A model generated the notes under the pieces. That model was not told the DNA's origin, made no database searches, and saw only the letters and a list, made by a program, of their open reading frames with translations. A DNA stretch of 64,000 nt from an uncultured cyanobacterium (GTDB taxonomy: Bacteria > Cyanobacteriota > Cyanobacteriia > Leptolyngbyales > Leptolyngbyaceae): assembly GCA_963766075.1 (NCBI GenBank), contig CAVYAN010000049.1, positions 38,097-102,096 on the forward strand, written 5' to 3'. The translations under genes were made by a program, and so were the position numbers. How positions within the stretch are numbered: the first letter of the stretch is position 1; every line of letters starts with the position of its first letter. Below are positions 35,765 to 48,735 of the stretch, piece by piece.

Positions 35765-36178
35765 CTAAAGGGTGTTGACTTTGGCCAGTGGGATGCGGGT
35801 TTCGAGGCAGGTGGCCAGGGCCTTGGGGTCAAATAAAATCGGGACGAAGTGAATGCTTTTGATTTCTTTGAAGTAGAACAGAATGGGCAAAGGGGGCCAA
35901 AAAATCACCCAGTTTTGCCAATCCGCATAGGGAAATTGTCGAAGCAGCGTTGTCCCCCGGTAGATGTCGAGGGCATCGTCGGTAAACCGGAGACGCAGCG
36001 TTGCCGCCTGGATCAGCAGAAAAACGCCGAACAGGGCGATCGCGCCGCTCAACCAAACTTGGACTGTGAGTAAAGGAATGGCCACCGCGACCAAAGTCAG
36101 GGGCAGGGCATAACTGGGCGCTAGTTCAACGGTTTGAGTCGGTAGCGGGGTTGGGGTTGTAGGGGTCACGGGGGACAC
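35765..36178 (-). CDS. DUF3119-family membrane protein
   Basis: LAPSYALP, FPYADWQNW, ILFYFKEIKSIHFVPILFD. Confidence 0.8.
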   Translation of the reverse strand: MSPVTPTTPTPLPTQTVELAPSYALPLTLVAVAIPLLTVQVWLSGAIALFGVFLLIQAATLRLRFTDDALDIYRGTTLLRQFPYADWQNWVIFWPPLPILFYFKEIKSIHFVPILFDPKALATCLETRIPLAKVNTL

Positions 36179-36261
36179 TCCTGTGGGTGAGAGTTATGGG
36201 TGAGAGAGTGGGTCTTTTGTTATTCTACCGTGTGCTCTTGCCGACAGAGGGTACCGAACCC

Positions 36262-37041
36262 TTACAGCCAACGGGTTAAGTTGACCCGGTAGCGGTCTTT
36301 TTTAGTGATGGCAATCTCGCCAATTTCGACCCGCCCCTTGCCGCGAATGGCGATCAGATCACCGGACTTTACGGTGTGACTGGCACTGCTCATTTCCTTC
36401 CAGTTGACCCGCACATCCCCGCTGGTGATCATGTCGGCCATTTTGCTGCGGGACATGCCAAAGCCGGCTGAGGCAACGGCATCTAGCCGGAGGGAGGCTT
36501 CGGTGGTGGTAATGTCTTTCTTTTTCGGCTCGCGGATTTTCAGCTCACTGAGTTCGATGCGACGGGTTTTGACGGGCACCGATCGCACCTGGTTGAGGCT
36601 CATTTCCAGAAACTCCACTAGGTCCGGTACGACAATGGCCTGGGCCCCCCGTTCTCCGAGCACAATGATATCGCCCACTTTTTCCCGGACAATGCCCGCC
36701 CCCAGCAAGGCTCCCAAAAAGTCGCGGTGGCTGGCTGGATCGAATAGAAAATTTCCCGCAATTTCCAGGGCGGCCAGGGGAACTTGCTCGGCATCGAGGG
36801 GGAGTTCGCTGCGGGCGATCGCGAATCGTTGCCGCTCGGCCTGGACATATCCTCCGGTTGCGACCCCTTGTACATCCGTCAGGCGATTAAAGATGTGTTG
36901 CACCTCCATCATTTCAGGAGGCGACAAAAAATCGCTGCAAACCACCTCCCAGGTTTTGATGGCCTGTTCGGCCTGATCAATCACACGGGCAACGGCGTCA
37001 CGATTTTCGACTTTCTTGAGTAACTCTTCTCGGGGCAGCAT
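36262..37041 (-). CDS. YlmH/Sll1252-like S4-domain RNA-binding protein
   Basis: DFLSPPE, HRDFLGA, SLRLDAVASAGFGMSRSK, RGKGR. Confidence 0.9.
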   Translation of the reverse strand: MLPREELLKKVENRDAVARVIDQAEQAIKTWEVVCSDFLSPPEMMEVQHIFNRLTDVQGVATGGYVQAERQRFAIARSELPLDAEQVPLAALEIAGNFLFDPASHRDFLGALLGAGIVREKVGDIIVLGERGAQAIVVPDLVEFLEMSLNQVRSVPVKTRRIELSELKIREPKKKDITTTEASLRLDAVASAGFGMSRSKMADMITSGDVRVNWKEMSSASHTVKSGDLIAIRGKGRVEIGEIAITKKDRYRVNLTRWL

Positions 37042-37095
37042 GGTGGAGCGGGGGAAATAGTGCTTAAGAGTATTGCTTGGGAGTATTGTTTGGAA

Positions 37096-37836
37096 TTATT
37101 TCTTGGGATTAAAGGGTAATCCAGCCTGCCAGGGCAGTTTAGTCAACAGAAATTTGCAGCGGAGCCGATAGCGATCGCCGGGATTGGGAGGATGCTGTGA
37201 CTGAGATAGCCGCACGGCTAAATCCAAGTAGAAGGAACGCTTCCGTTGGCGGCGCATGAATTCTTTCCAACGGGTTTTGGCGGAATCGGGAGCCGCTTTG
37301 GCGGGCTCGCCCAGTTTAATGATGACGTCTTTAACTTCGAGTTCTAGGGCGACGGGGGATGTGGATTTATCGTCGCCTTTGCGCTTCAGTTGGTCTTCAG
37401 CCACAATCACCTCTTTGAGGGTGGTTTTAGGGGCGATCGCACTAAACGGCTGTTCTTTAAACAAGTCCACCGTACTGCCCGGAACCACACGGGTAACGCG
37501 ACGAGCCTTCCCGTCTTCATCCGTGAGGGCACTGTAATCCCAATCCACGTAAATGGCACAGTCGGGTGCTTTATTTTCGATGTTGATCGATAGGTTCTTC
37601 AGCTTGTCAAACTCATAGCGCTTATCAAACTTAAACGAAATTTTTAGGATATCCTGCAACCCCAACGCCTCAAGCTGCTCCTTCAGTCCCCCCTCCTTGC
37701 GATCATCGTCTTTATCGTTATTTTGCTCCAGCATTTCAATTTGGAACTCATCATTGAAGGCATCAATGATTTTGAAAATGAAGAAGGCAAGGCACAATAA
37801 ATATGCGGTCAGAATAATAGGATCAGTAGCATTCAT
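37096..37836 (-). CDS. Hypothetical protein with N-terminal TM helix
   Basis: 246-aa ORF with ATG start, hydrophobic N-terminus, co-oriented with neighbours. Confidence 0.7.
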   Translation of the reverse strand: MNATDPIILTAYLLCLAFFIFKIIDAFNDEFQIEMLEQNNDKDDDRKEGGLKEQLEALGLQDILKISFKFDKRYEFDKLKNLSINIENKAPDCAIYVDWDYSALTDEDGKARRVTRVVPGSTVDLFKEQPFSAIAPKTTLKEVIVAEDQLKRKGDDKSTSPVALELEVKDVIIKLGEPAKAAPDSAKTRWKEFMRRQRKRSFYLDLAVRLSQSQHPPNPGDRYRLRCKFLLTKLPWQAGLPFNPKK

Positions 37837-37962
37837 TCTGGAGAAGCGTTAGGGGCGAAAGGTGAGCAATGAGTCAGTGGGCGTAGGGCAGGGGCAGATT
37901 CAAGGGCGATCGGGTCCGGCAATTGGCGCAAACTTGACGAAGCCTGCATGGCACGCGAGAAC

Positions 37963-39177
37963 TCAACGGTTACTTCTGCTGGACGGCGTATTCGACACAA
38001 TGGTGGAGAAATTTTCAAACCATCCCTTGCGCCAGAAAAAGTAAACCAGTCCGCCTGCCGTCACCGCCATGAGGCCCAGGCAGGCGGCATAGCCCCAGTA
38101 CCAGTTGAGTTCTGGCATATTCCAGGGCGACTTGTCGGTATTGAAATTCATGCCGTAGACCCCGGCAATGAAGGTCAACGGAATAAAGATAGACGAGATT
38201 ACGGTTAATAGCTTCATAATTTCGTTCATCTTATTGCCGACAGAGGAAAGATAAACGTCCATCAGACTGGATGCCAGCTCTCGATAGGTTTCTACCATAT
38301 CGAGGACTTGGATTGCATGGTCATAGCAATCCCGCAGATAAATTTGCACGTCGGCATGGATCAGATCACTGCCGTCCCGAATTAGGGCGTTAATGGCATC
38401 TCGTTGCGGCCAAATGGCGCGACGCAGCATTAACAATTCTCGTTTGACGTTGTGAATCCGTTCTAGGGTTTGGCGGGTGGGGTTGGCCACGACTTCGCTT
38501 TCCAATTCCTCAATTTCTTCGCCGTAGGCTTCTAATACGGGAAAAAAACCGTCAATGATCGCGTCTAGGAGGGCGTAGGTCAGGTAGTCGGGGCCGTGTT
38601 GGCGGATGGTACCTTTGCTGCTGCGAATGCGTTCCCGGATGGGGCCAAAGCAGTCATAGTGGGCTTCTTCTTGCAGGGTCAGCAGGTAGTGCTGCCCCAG
38701 GATAAAGCTGACTTGTTCACTAAAAAAGCCGCCGGTTTTCTGGGGGGTGACCATGCGGGCAATCAGCAGCAGTTGATCCTGGTATTCCTCAACTTTGGGC
38801 CGCTGGGGAACGTTGACAACATCTTCGAGGACAAGTGGATGAAGGTTGAAAACTTGGCCAATCTGTCGCAAAATCGCTTCGCTGCCCAAACCCTTGACAT
38901 CGACCCAGGAAACGGAGGTGGTGTCTAGGTGGGTGGCACAGTCGGCGGGGGTAATATTTTTCTGACTGATGAGTTGATGTGGATTGTAGTCAATCAAGCT
39001 AATGATGGGGGGGGCAGAGTTGGGGGGGATTTGCAGGGTCCCGGGAATACTGCCGGGTTCGTCGTAGGCGTAGTCCATGTAGGAGTCAGCATCAGCGGGG
39101 CGATCGCTCCCATTCTGACTATTCCCATCTCTGTAGTCACTCTGGGAACTATCCGGAGGCAAACGTTCTTCTAACAT
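37963..39177 (-). CDS. corA: Magnesium/cobalt transporter
   Basis: LHPLVLED, QRPKVE, MNEIMK, GVYGMNF, MPEL. Confidence 0.95.
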   Translation of the reverse strand: MLEERLPPDSSQSDYRDGNSQNGSDRPADADSYMDYAYDEPGSIPGTLQIPPNSAPPIISLIDYNPHQLISQKNITPADCATHLDTTSVSWVDVKGLGSEAILRQIGQVFNLHPLVLEDVVNVPQRPKVEEYQDQLLLIARMVTPQKTGGFFSEQVSFILGQHYLLTLQEEAHYDCFGPIRERIRSSKGTIRQHGPDYLTYALLDAIIDGFFPVLEAYGEEIEELESEVVANPTRQTLERIHNVKRELLMLRRAIWPQRDAINALIRDGSDLIHADVQIYLRDCYDHAIQVLDMVETYRELASSLMDVYLSSVGNKMNEIMKLLTVISSIFIPLTFIAGVYGMNFNTDKSPWNMPELNWYWGYAACLGLMAVTAGGLVYFFWRKGWFENFSTIVSNTPSSRSNR

Positions 39178-39258
39178 AGGGGCGGCATCGGCGGATTCTT
39201 ATCCCATCCAGTGTAATCACCGATGGGAGGTTTGATGCGGCCAATTCCCGTTCCACAG

Positions 39259-39285
39259 AAAAAGGACGCTCCTGGGAACGTCCTT
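39259..39285 (-). terminator. Rho-independent terminator after groEL
   Basis: Stem AAGGACG..CGTCCTT followed by a T-run on the minus strand. Confidence 0.6.
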
Positions 39286-39368
39286 CTCGATTAAGCTTGC
39301 TTGATTAAATTTGACTAAATACTAGTCAAAGGGCCTTGGCCATTAGCGTTGGCTGAGCGGCTGAGCGA

Positions 39369-41078
<1,710 letters not shown>

Positions 41079-41085
41079 TCAGAAT

Positions 41086-41112
41086 TTAGCACTCTAGGGG
41101 GAGGAGTGCTAA
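41086..41112. promoter_or_regulatory. CIRCE operator (HrcA binding site)
   Basis: Perfect TTAGCACTC-N9-GAGTGCTAA about 37 bp upstream of groEL. Confidence 0.97.
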
Positions 41113-41289
41113 AACCGAGCGAGTAGTGAAAACCCTACCTTGGCTCACAGCACTTGGCTCACGACACGATTGGCTCACGGCACGATTTAGTTGTCGATTT
41201 CTTGACTTCTAGCGCGGGCCTCGCTGGTGCCGCGAGAGCGCAACCCGTTATGATAAGGAAGGTTGATTAATGTTTGTTACAAAAAATCA

Positions 41290-42747
41290 ATGATTGTATC
41301 TTCCTCTGGGCTGACCCGTCTTAAGGACTCGCTGATCGAAAAGCTGTTTTTTGGGCAGAAGCCGTCTCTCGAATTGACGGCGATTCTGATGGTCTATTTC
41401 GTTCAGGGCATTGTTGGCTTGGCGCGGTTGGCGGTCAGTTTTTTTCTGAAGGATGAGTTGGGCCTGGGGCCAGCGGAGGTTTCTGCCTTGGTCGGCGTTG
41501 CGGCGTTGCCCTGGATGATTAAGCCTGCGTTTGGCTTTATTTCCGATGGCTTGCCGCTGTTTGGCTATCGGCGGCGACCTTATCTAATCCTATCGGGGCT
41601 GCTGGGCACCTGTTCCTGGGGGTTGATGGCTACGGTGGTGCATACGCCTTGGGCGGCGGCAGCGGCGATCGCCCTGAGTTCCCTGTCCGTGGCCTTTAGC
41701 GATGTGATTGTTGATTCTGTGGTGGTGGAACGTGCCCGTAAGGAGTCCTTGGCGACGGCAGGGGCATTGCAATCCCTATCCTGGGGCGCTTCGGCCCTGG
41801 GCGGATTGACCACCGCCTACTTTAGTGGCTCTTTGCTGCAACAGTTCAATGCCCGCACGGTGTTTGGGATTACGGCCACGTTTCCGCTGATTGTGGCCTT
41901 AGTCGCATGGCTGATCAGCGAGGAGCGCAATCTGGAAAGGCCCGACTGGGGCATTGTTCGTCAGCAGTTGGGTCAGTTAAAACAGGCGGTCACCCAGCGG
42001 TCTATCCTACTGCCGACGGCCTTTTTGTTTCTCTGGCAAGCAACGCCCACGGCGGAATCGGCTTTTTTCTTCTTCACGACGAATGAGTTGGGCTTCGATC
42101 CGGAGTTTCTGGGCCGGGTGCGCTTGGTTACCAGTTTGGCCTCCTTGATGGGAATTTGGGTGTTTCAACGTTGGTTAAAGACCGTTTCGTTCCGAGCAAT
42201 TTTTGGTTGGTCTACGGTGATTTCGGCCCTGCTAGGGCTGTCTACTCTGCTGCTGGTGACCCATGTGAATCGAGAGTGGGGCATTAGCGATCGCTGGTTC
42301 AGCCTGGGCGATAGTCTGGTGCTGACGGTTATGGGCCAGATTGCCTTTATGCCGGTGTTGGTGCTGGCGGCGCGGCTGTGTCCCCCCGGCGTGGAAGCAA
42401 CCCTCTTTGCGGTGCTGATGTCAGTGGTGAATCTGGCTGGATTGGTGTCCTATGGCGGCGGTTCTCTGCTGATGCATTGGTTTGGGATCACAGCCACTAG
42501 CTTTACCAATCTGCCGCTGTTGATTGTGCTGACGAATATCACCACGCTATTGCCATTGCCGCTGCTGGGATGGGTGCCGCTGGATGCTAACTCGGAACAA
42601 TCCGGAGCGGTGACGCCGATTCCGGCGGCGATTGATTTTGATTCCTCGGCCTCGAAACATTTGGAGCAGCCGTTTTTGCCAGATTTAGTGACGGAACTGG
42701 TTAACCAGTCTCGGCGGAACGAGGCGATGGAGAATCCGGCGGAATAA
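41290..42747 (+). CDS. Folate/biopterin (FBT) family MFS transporter
   Basis: VYFVQG, LPWMIKP.FG.ISD, YRRRPY, LCPPGVEATLFA. Confidence 0.9.
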   Translation: MIVSSSGLTRLKDSLIEKLFFGQKPSLELTAILMVYFVQGIVGLARLAVSFFLKDELGLGPAEVSALVGVAALPWMIKPAFGFISDGLPLFGYRRRPYLILSGLLGTCSWGLMATVVHTPWAAAAAIALSSLSVAFSDVIVDSVVVERARKESLATAGALQSLSWGASALGGLTTAYFSGSLLQQFNARTVFGITATFPLIVALVAWLISEERNLERPDWGIVRQQLGQLKQAVTQRSILLPTAFLFLWQATPTAESAFFFFTTNELGFDPEFLGRVRLVTSLASLMGIWVFQRWLKTVSFRAIFGWSTVISALLGLSTLLLVTHVNREWGISDRWFSLGDSLVLTVMGQIAFMPVLVLAARLCPPGVEATLFAVLMSVVNLAGLVSYGGGSLLMHWFGITATSFTNLPLLIVLTNITTLLPLPLLGWVPLDANSEQSGAVTPIPAAIDFDSSASKHLEQPFLPDLVTELVNQSRRNEAMENPAE

Positions 42748-42943
42748 TTAATTAAAAATTAACTGCGGTGGCTGTGGAACTGCTACTCAGGCGATCGCTA
42801 AGCAGCCATCTTCTGCCGCCTGAGCGGAATCGAGGCGGGGCCGTTCGTTCAGCTCGTTTAACTGGGCGAATACCTGCCGCAGCACTTGGGTTGAACCTTG
42901 GGTTGAACTTTATTACTTTTTGTCCTTTTTGAGTTTTCTGGCC

Positions 42944-44521
42944 ATGCAACCGTTGCAACGTGATCCTTTGTCGGTTTCTTTCTCTACGCCTGTTGTATCT
43001 AGTGTGTCTTCTAGCGCACCTGATGAGCGATTGTCTGATATGCCTTACAGCCGGGAAGATTGGCAGGGGGGCTATACTTCGCTGAAGCAGGAGTATGACT
43101 ATTGGATTGATGATATCGAGGGGGAAATTCCGTCCGAACTCTCTGGGACGCTGTTTCGCAATGGTCCGGGCCTGCTGGATGTGAATGGTGAGTCAATTCA
43201 CCATCCCTTTGATGGCGATGGCATGGTTTGCGCGATCGCCTTTCATCAAGGCCGCGCCCATTTCCGTAACCGTTACGTGCGCACGGCGGGCTATGTGGCG
43301 GAGCAGCAAGCGGGTAAAATTTTGCACCGGGGAGTGTTTGGCACTCAAAAGGCGGGCGGCTGGTTAGCCAATGCCTTGGACTTCAAACTGAAAAATATTG
43401 CCAATACCAACATTATTTATTGGGGTGGAAAACTGTTGGCCCTGTGGGAAGCGGCAGAACCTCATCGCTTGGATCCGGTTACCTTGGAAACCTATGGTAT
43501 CGACAATTTAGAGGGAGTCCTGTCGCCCGGAGCGGCTTTTGCGGCCCATCCCTGGATTGATCCGGCGTCGGTACAGGACGGGGGGGCACCCTGCCTCGTC
43601 AACTTCGCCATCAAGCCGGGGCTGTCTTCAACGATTACCCTCTACGAGTTTGCGCCTTCGGGTAAATTGCTGCGGCAGTATGCCCATTCGGTTCCTGGCT
43701 TTGCCTTTATCCATGACTTTGCGATTACGCCATACTACTGCCTCTTTTTTCAAAATCCGGTGCAGTTTAATCCGCTGCCCTTTGTGGCGGGCCTCCGGGG
43801 GGCGGCGGAATGTATTGCCTTTCAGCCGCAACAGCCGACGCAGGTGGTGATCATTCCGCGCAATGGCCGGGATCCGGTGAAAACGGTGGCGATCCAGGCC
43901 GGTTTTGTCTTCCACCATGCCAATGCGTTTGAAGAGGACGGGGCCGTGGTCATTGATTCCGTCTGCTATGCCGATTTGCCCCAGGTGGAACCAGCCGCAG
44001 ATTTTCGTCAGGTGGATTTTGCCGCCCTAGCACCGGGGCAGTTGTGGCGGACGCGCCTTGATTTAACGGGTAATTCTGGGGGGGCGCAGGCGCTAGACGC
44101 TGGGGCTGTGGAACGATCGCTGTGGGGCGATCGCTGCTGTGAATTTCCCTCGGTGCATCCGGATCGGGTGGGTCGTGCCTATCGCTATGCCTATTTGGCA
44201 GCGGCCCATGATCCACAGGGCAATGCCCCCCACCAGGCGATTTTGAAGGTGGATTGGGCAACGGGCGTGGAACAACTTTGGTCGGCAGCCCCCGAGCGGG
44301 GGTATGTTGGGGAACCGATCTTTGTGCCGCGTCAGGTGGATGGCAGCGGGGCGGAAGATGACGGTTGGGTGCTGGTGCTGGTCTATGATGCAGCCCATCG
44401 CCGTTCGGATGTGGTGATTTTGGATGGACAGGATTTGCAGCGGGGGCCGCTGGCTCGGCTGCATCTGCGGCATCCGGTGCCCTATGGGTTGCACGGCAGC
44501 TTTATGAGGCAGTCACCCTAG
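42944..44521 (+). CDS. Carotenoid/apocarotenoid cleavage oxygenase
   Basis: LFRNGPG, HPFDGDG, FIHDF, FHHANAFE, EPIFVP, PYGLHGSF. Confidence 0.92.
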   Translation: MQPLQRDPLSVSFSTPVVSSVSSSAPDERLSDMPYSREDWQGGYTSLKQEYDYWIDDIEGEIPSELSGTLFRNGPGLLDVNGESIHHPFDGDGMVCAIAFHQGRAHFRNRYVRTAGYVAEQQAGKILHRGVFGTQKAGGWLANALDFKLKNIANTNIIYWGGKLLALWEAAEPHRLDPVTLETYGIDNLEGVLSPGAAFAAHPWIDPASVQDGGAPCLVNFAIKPGLSSTITLYEFAPSGKLLRQYAHSVPGFAFIHDFAITPYYCLFFQNPVQFNPLPFVAGLRGAAECIAFQPQQPTQVVIIPRNGRDPVKTVAIQAGFVFHHANAFEEDGAVVIDSVCYADLPQVEPAADFRQVDFAALAPGQLWRTRLDLTGNSGGAQALDAGAVERSLWGDRCCEFPSVHPDRVGRAYRYAYLAAAHDPQGNAPHQAILKVDWATGVEQLWSAAPERGYVGEPIFVPRQVDGSGAEDDGWVLVLVYDAAHRRSDVVILDGQDLQRGPLARLHLRHPVPYGLHGSFMRQSP

Positions 44522-44535
44522 CTCGCAGGGCATCC

Positions 44536-46599
44536 CTAGCGACCCCTGAGATCGGCCATGGCATTCATGGCCACTCCGGCGATCGCCTGATCCGTTGCTT
44601 TGGGCAAATGGTAGTATTTCCCGCCCGCTTGGGTGGCCAGTTCTTTGGCGAAGCCCGTGGAAATGTACTTATTTTCCGTGTCAATCACCAAAAGCTGCAT
44701 ATTGATGGCCCGAATTTTGCTGGCAATCTCCAGGAGTTCCGCCTTAATATCTGGCTTTTCACCGTCGGGGATTGGTTCACCCAGCGATCGCGCTAGGGGA
44801 ATATTGCCCCGACCATCGGTAATTGCCACAATCACCACTTGGCCAATGTCGCCGGACTGTTTGGCATTCAGGCCCACCCGCACCGCTTGGGTCAGGCCGT
44901 GGGCCAAGGGCGAGCCACCTCCACAGGGCAGGCGATCCAGGCGACGTTTGGCTGCTTCAATGGAGCGGGTTGGGGGTAAAAGCACCTCGGCCTGTTCGCC
45001 CCGAAAGGGAATCAGCGAGACTTGATCGCGATTTTGGTATGCCTCGGTTAGCAAGCGCAGCACGGCTCCCTTGGCGGATTGCATGCGGTTTAGGGCCATC
45101 GATCCGGAGGCATCGACCACAAAAACAACTAAGGCTCCCGCTTTGCGGGCCAGCCGCTTCGCCCGGACATCGGCCTGTTCCACAAACACCCGCTTGCGGT
45201 TGGCGGGCAAAGCTGAGATCGCCCGTGCTTCGGCATCCCGCTGGCGGCGGGCCTTTTGGTAGGGGGCGGCAGCACGCAGCGTGGCATCCACCGCAATCCG
45301 GCGAACTTTGCCCTTGGGCAGCATGGGTTTGATGTAGCGCCCGCGATCGTCGGAAAAAATGGTAGTGCGACTACCGGACTTGCCCTGACGACTGGCCATT
45401 TGGGCAAAGTAAAGGACCGAGGGATCCAGCAGCACGCCTTCGGGGTCAAATACGAATTCTTCTGGAATGCTGGGGGGTTCCTGTTCTTGCTTTTCCTCTT
45501 GATCCTCTTTTTCTTCCTGCTCCTCTTGCTCCTGATCGGATTGGTCCTCTGGAGGTGGCGGCGGTGGCTGCTGTTCCTCTGGTGGTGTTTGGACAATGGT
45601 GCAGCGCGGCACGATCACCAGTTCAACGGCTTTCCGCAAATCTTCGGCGCTGACTTCGGCCCGTCCATCCAGGGCGGCGTGGGCCTTGGCGACGCGCACG
45701 GCAAACAGCTCTGCCCGATGGCCCTGCACGCCGCCCCGGATCGCTTCGGTCACCAGATAGGTGATCTGCTCTGTCGTGATGCGGACTTCCTTGAGCCATT
45801 CCCGGGCCAGCAAAATTTGGGTCTTAAGGCCGTCAATGTCTTCGTCGTACTGAGCCAGAAATTCCTGGGGGGAGTCGGCATAGCGGCTGGCTTGATCCAC
45901 GACTTCGACCCGCTGATCAATTTCCAGCACCATATCGGCGGAGAGGGCGATCGCAAACCGATCCATCAAATGTTCTCGCAGTTCTCCCTCCTCGGGGTTA
46001 TAGGTCGCAATCAACAGCGGTTGGCAGGGATGCTGAAAGCTCAGCCCTTCGCGCTCAATCTGGTTGCGGCCCTCTGCCAAAATCGTCAGCAAGGCATTAG
46101 AAATCTGGTCATCCAGCAAATTAATTTCATCGATGTACAGCACGCCGCGATGGCACTCTGCCAGTAGCCCTGGCAGAAACACCGTTTCTCCTGCCTTGAT
46201 GGACTGACTGACATCCACAGAGCCCAGTAGCCGATCCTCCGTGACTCCCAGGGGAATCTGCACATAGGGCGCGGGAATGATTTCTGTGGGAATCTCAGCA
46301 TTGCTCGGGGTCAGGCCCCATCCCTCATGGCGCATTCGTTCCAGGGTTTGGTCATCCCAATTTCCAGGCTGGGTCGGATCGCAGTGGCACCATGAATCTT
46401 TTACGGCTTCAATCGGGGGGAGCAGGGCGTGGAGGGCTCGGGCCATGACCGATTTGGCGGTACCGCGCCGCCCAGAAATCACGACGCCGCCCAGCCGGGG
46501 GTCAATGGCCGACAGCAGCAGTGCCAGCTTAATGGCATCTTGCCCGACCACAGCAGCCAGGGGAAACACAATGGGGGCAGTCGGCATCAGAACGGACAT
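44536..46599 (-). CDS. chlD: Magnesium chelatase subunit D
   Basis: [17 protein letters not shown], Pro/Glu linker, vWA motif VVDASGSM. Confidence 0.97.
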   Translation of the reverse strand: MSVLMPTAPIVFPLAAVVGQDAIKLALLLSAIDPRLGGVVISGRRGTAKSVMARALHALLPPIEAVKDSWCHCDPTQPGNWDDQTLERMRHEGWGLTPSNAEIPTEIIPAPYVQIPLGVTEDRLLGSVDVSQSIKAGETVFLPGLLAECHRGVLYIDEINLLDDQISNALLTILAEGRNQIEREGLSFQHPCQPLLIATYNPEEGELREHLMDRFAIALSADMVLEIDQRVEVVDQASRYADSPQEFLAQYDEDIDGLKTQILLAREWLKEVRITTEQITYLVTEAIRGGVQGHRAELFAVRVAKAHAALDGRAEVSAEDLRKAVELVIVPRCTIVQTPPEEQQPPPPPPEDQSDQEQEEQEEKEDQEEKQEQEPPSIPEEFVFDPEGVLLDPSVLYFAQMASRQGKSGSRTTIFSDDRGRYIKPMLPKGKVRRIAVDATLRAAAPYQKARRQRDAEARAISALPANRKRVFVEQADVRAKRLARKAGALVVFVVDASGSMALNRMQSAKGAVLRLLTEAYQNRDQVSLIPFRGEQAEVLLPPTRSIEAAKRRLDRLPCGGGSPLAHGLTQAVRVGLNAKQSGDIGQVVIVAITDGRGNIPLARSLGEPIPDGEKPDIKAELLEIASKIRAINMQLLVIDTENKYISTGFAKELATQAGGKYYHLPKATDQAIAGVAMNAMADLRGR

Positions 46600-46762
46600 G
46601 GGTGCGCCAAGTGAAAATTAAACAGATTCCTTCAGCATACCAAACCGTGAGATCTCAAACCGTCGCGATCCTTCCTCTAAAGCACAGGCTGGGGCCGTAG
46701 AGGGATGGATGCTCCAAAGCCATGACGGATGGGCGTACTTTCGCCCTCGTTAAATTTAGCGG

Positions 46763-48649
46763 ATGATGTTGGCAGTGGAGGCATCCGCCATGACTAACGA
46801 AATTCAGAGTAGCGAGACCCAGCGAGACGTAATTACGATTAAGGGTCTGGGGGCGATTCTAAACGCCCACGGGGTCGCCTTCCGGGTCTGGGCTCCCCAT
46901 GCAGCGCGCGCATCCGTCATCGGATCGTTCAACAACTGGGACGGCTCCCAGCATCCCCTGCAAGCTGAGGAGAATGGCTACTGGTATGCCAACGTGGCCA
47001 CAGCTCGGGTGGGCGATCAGTATCGGTTTCTTTTCTCCACACCTAAGGGCGAGGTTACGCGCATCGACCCCTATGCCCGCGAGGTGACCCACTCAATGGG
47101 CAATGCGATCGTTCACGATCCGCGCTTCGACTGGCAGGGGGACGCCTTTCAGCTCGCGCCGTGGAACGAGTTGGTCATCTACGAATTGCATGTCGGTACG
47201 TTTAACGACCAGGAGGACAGCAATCATCCGGGTCAGTTTGCTTCAGTGTCAGCCCGTCTGGGCCATTTGAAAAAGCTTGGCGTCAATGCAATCCAGATCA
47301 TGCCGGTGGGCGAGTTTGCTGGGGAACGCTCATGGGGGTACAACCCCGCCCAGATCTTCTCCGTGGAGACTGCTTATGGTGGCCCGCTGGCGTTCAAGCA
47401 GTTCGTCAAGCGTGCCCACCAAGAGGGGATCGCAGTGATCCTGGACGTTGTGTACAACCACCTCGGCCCCAGTGATCTCGATCTGTGGCAGTTTGACGGC
47501 TGGTGCGAGCATAATCGCGGTGGCATTTACTTCTACAACGACGACCGGGCCAACACCCCTTGGGGAGAAACCCGGCCCGACTATGGCCGAGGCGAGGTTC
47601 GTCAATATCTTTTGGATAATGTCTTCATGTGGCTGGAGGAATACCATGTTGATGGCTTTCGCTTTGACTGTACTGAATTCATTCACACGGTAAACGGTTC
47701 TCGCGATCGGGAACTGCCGGATGGCTGGAGCTTGCTCCAGTGGATCAATCGCCAGATTGCGCAGAGGTTTACGGGCCGGATCACGATCGCCGAGGATCTC
47801 CAAAACAATCCATGGCTCACCAAGAATGTTGGTGCGGGCGGCGCGGGCTTCGGTGCGCAGTGGGATGCCATGTTTGTTCATCCCATTCGACAGGCGGTGA
47901 TCACGACCCAGGACCAGCAGCGATCGCTGATCGCCATCCGCGATGCCATCTGCTACCGCTACAACGACGATGCCTTCGAGCGGGTCATCTACAGCGAATC
48001 ACATGACGAAGTAGCAAACGGCAGGGCGCGCGTGCCCCAAGAGATTAGCCCCAACGATCCCCAAGACTGGTATGCCCAGAAACGTTCAACCCTAGCCGCT
48101 GCCATGGTCTTCACGGCTCCGGGCATTCCTATGCTGTTCCAAGGGCAGGAATTCCTCGAAGGCGGCTGGTTTCGCGACACGGTCCCTGTCGATTGGGATC
48201 AGTGCGAGGCGTTTCATGGGATCGTGCGGCTGTACCGTGATCTCATCCAGTTACGGCGAAATCGGGATGGATGCACGCGCGGCCTTTGCGGACAGTACAC
48301 CCAGGTCTATCATCTGCACGACGAGCGCAAGGTCATTGCTTTTCACCGCTGGGATCGGGGCGGGGCAGCGGACGATGTTGTGATTGTCGCCAACTTCTTC
48401 CATGAGGCGCAGGATGGCTATATCATCGGCTTCCCCGCTTCCGGACTCTGGAAACTGCGTTTCAATAGCGATTGGCAGGGCTATAGTGACGATTTCCAAA
48501 ACCATCCCAGCACGGACGTGCTGGCCGAGTCGGGTGCCTACGACGGGCTGCCGTGGCATGGGAAAATTGCCATTGGCCCCTACAGCGTGCTGATTTTTTC
48601 GCAAGCGATTGATCCGCCCGCTGAGGCGGGAAGTGTTACAGAGGGGTGA
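46763..48649 (+). CDS. GH13 glycosidase with CBM48 (branching-enzyme/trehalohydrolase-like)
   Basis: FRVWAPHA, IYELHVGTF, WGYNP, DVVYNH, DGFRFD, YSESHDE, PMLFQGQE. Confidence 0.85.
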   Translation: MMLAVEASAMTNEIQSSETQRDVITIKGLGAILNAHGVAFRVWAPHAARASVIGSFNNWDGSQHPLQAEENGYWYANVATARVGDQYRFLFSTPKGEVTRIDPYAREVTHSMGNAIVHDPRFDWQGDAFQLAPWNELVIYELHVGTFNDQEDSNHPGQFASVSARLGHLKKLGVNAIQIMPVGEFAGERSWGYNPAQIFSVETAYGGPLAFKQFVKRAHQEGIAVILDVVYNHLGPSDLDLWQFDGWCEHNRGGIYFYNDDRANTPWGETRPDYGRGEVRQYLLDNVFMWLEEYHVDGFRFDCTEFIHTVNGSRDRELPDGWSLLQWINRQIAQRFTGRITIAEDLQNNPWLTKNVGAGGAGFGAQWDAMFVHPIRQAVITTQDQQRSLIAIRDAICYRYNDDAFERVIYSESHDEVANGRARVPQEISPNDPQDWYAQKRSTLAAAMVFTAPGIPMLFQGQEFLEGGWFRDTVPVDWDQCEAFHGIVRLYRDLIQLRRNRDGCTRGLCGQYTQVYHLHDERKVIAFHRWDRGGAADDVVIVANFFHEAQDGYIIGFPASGLWKLRFNSDWQGYSDDFQNHPSTDVLAESGAYDGLPWHGKIAIGPYSVLIFSQAIDPPAEAGSVTEG

Positions 48650-48735
48650 TCGGGGGTGCTGGATGATCGATCCGGTTCCCAAGGGGTGTCTAGATTTGGA
48701 TACACTGGGGACTGTAAATCTCTGCGAGTATTTTC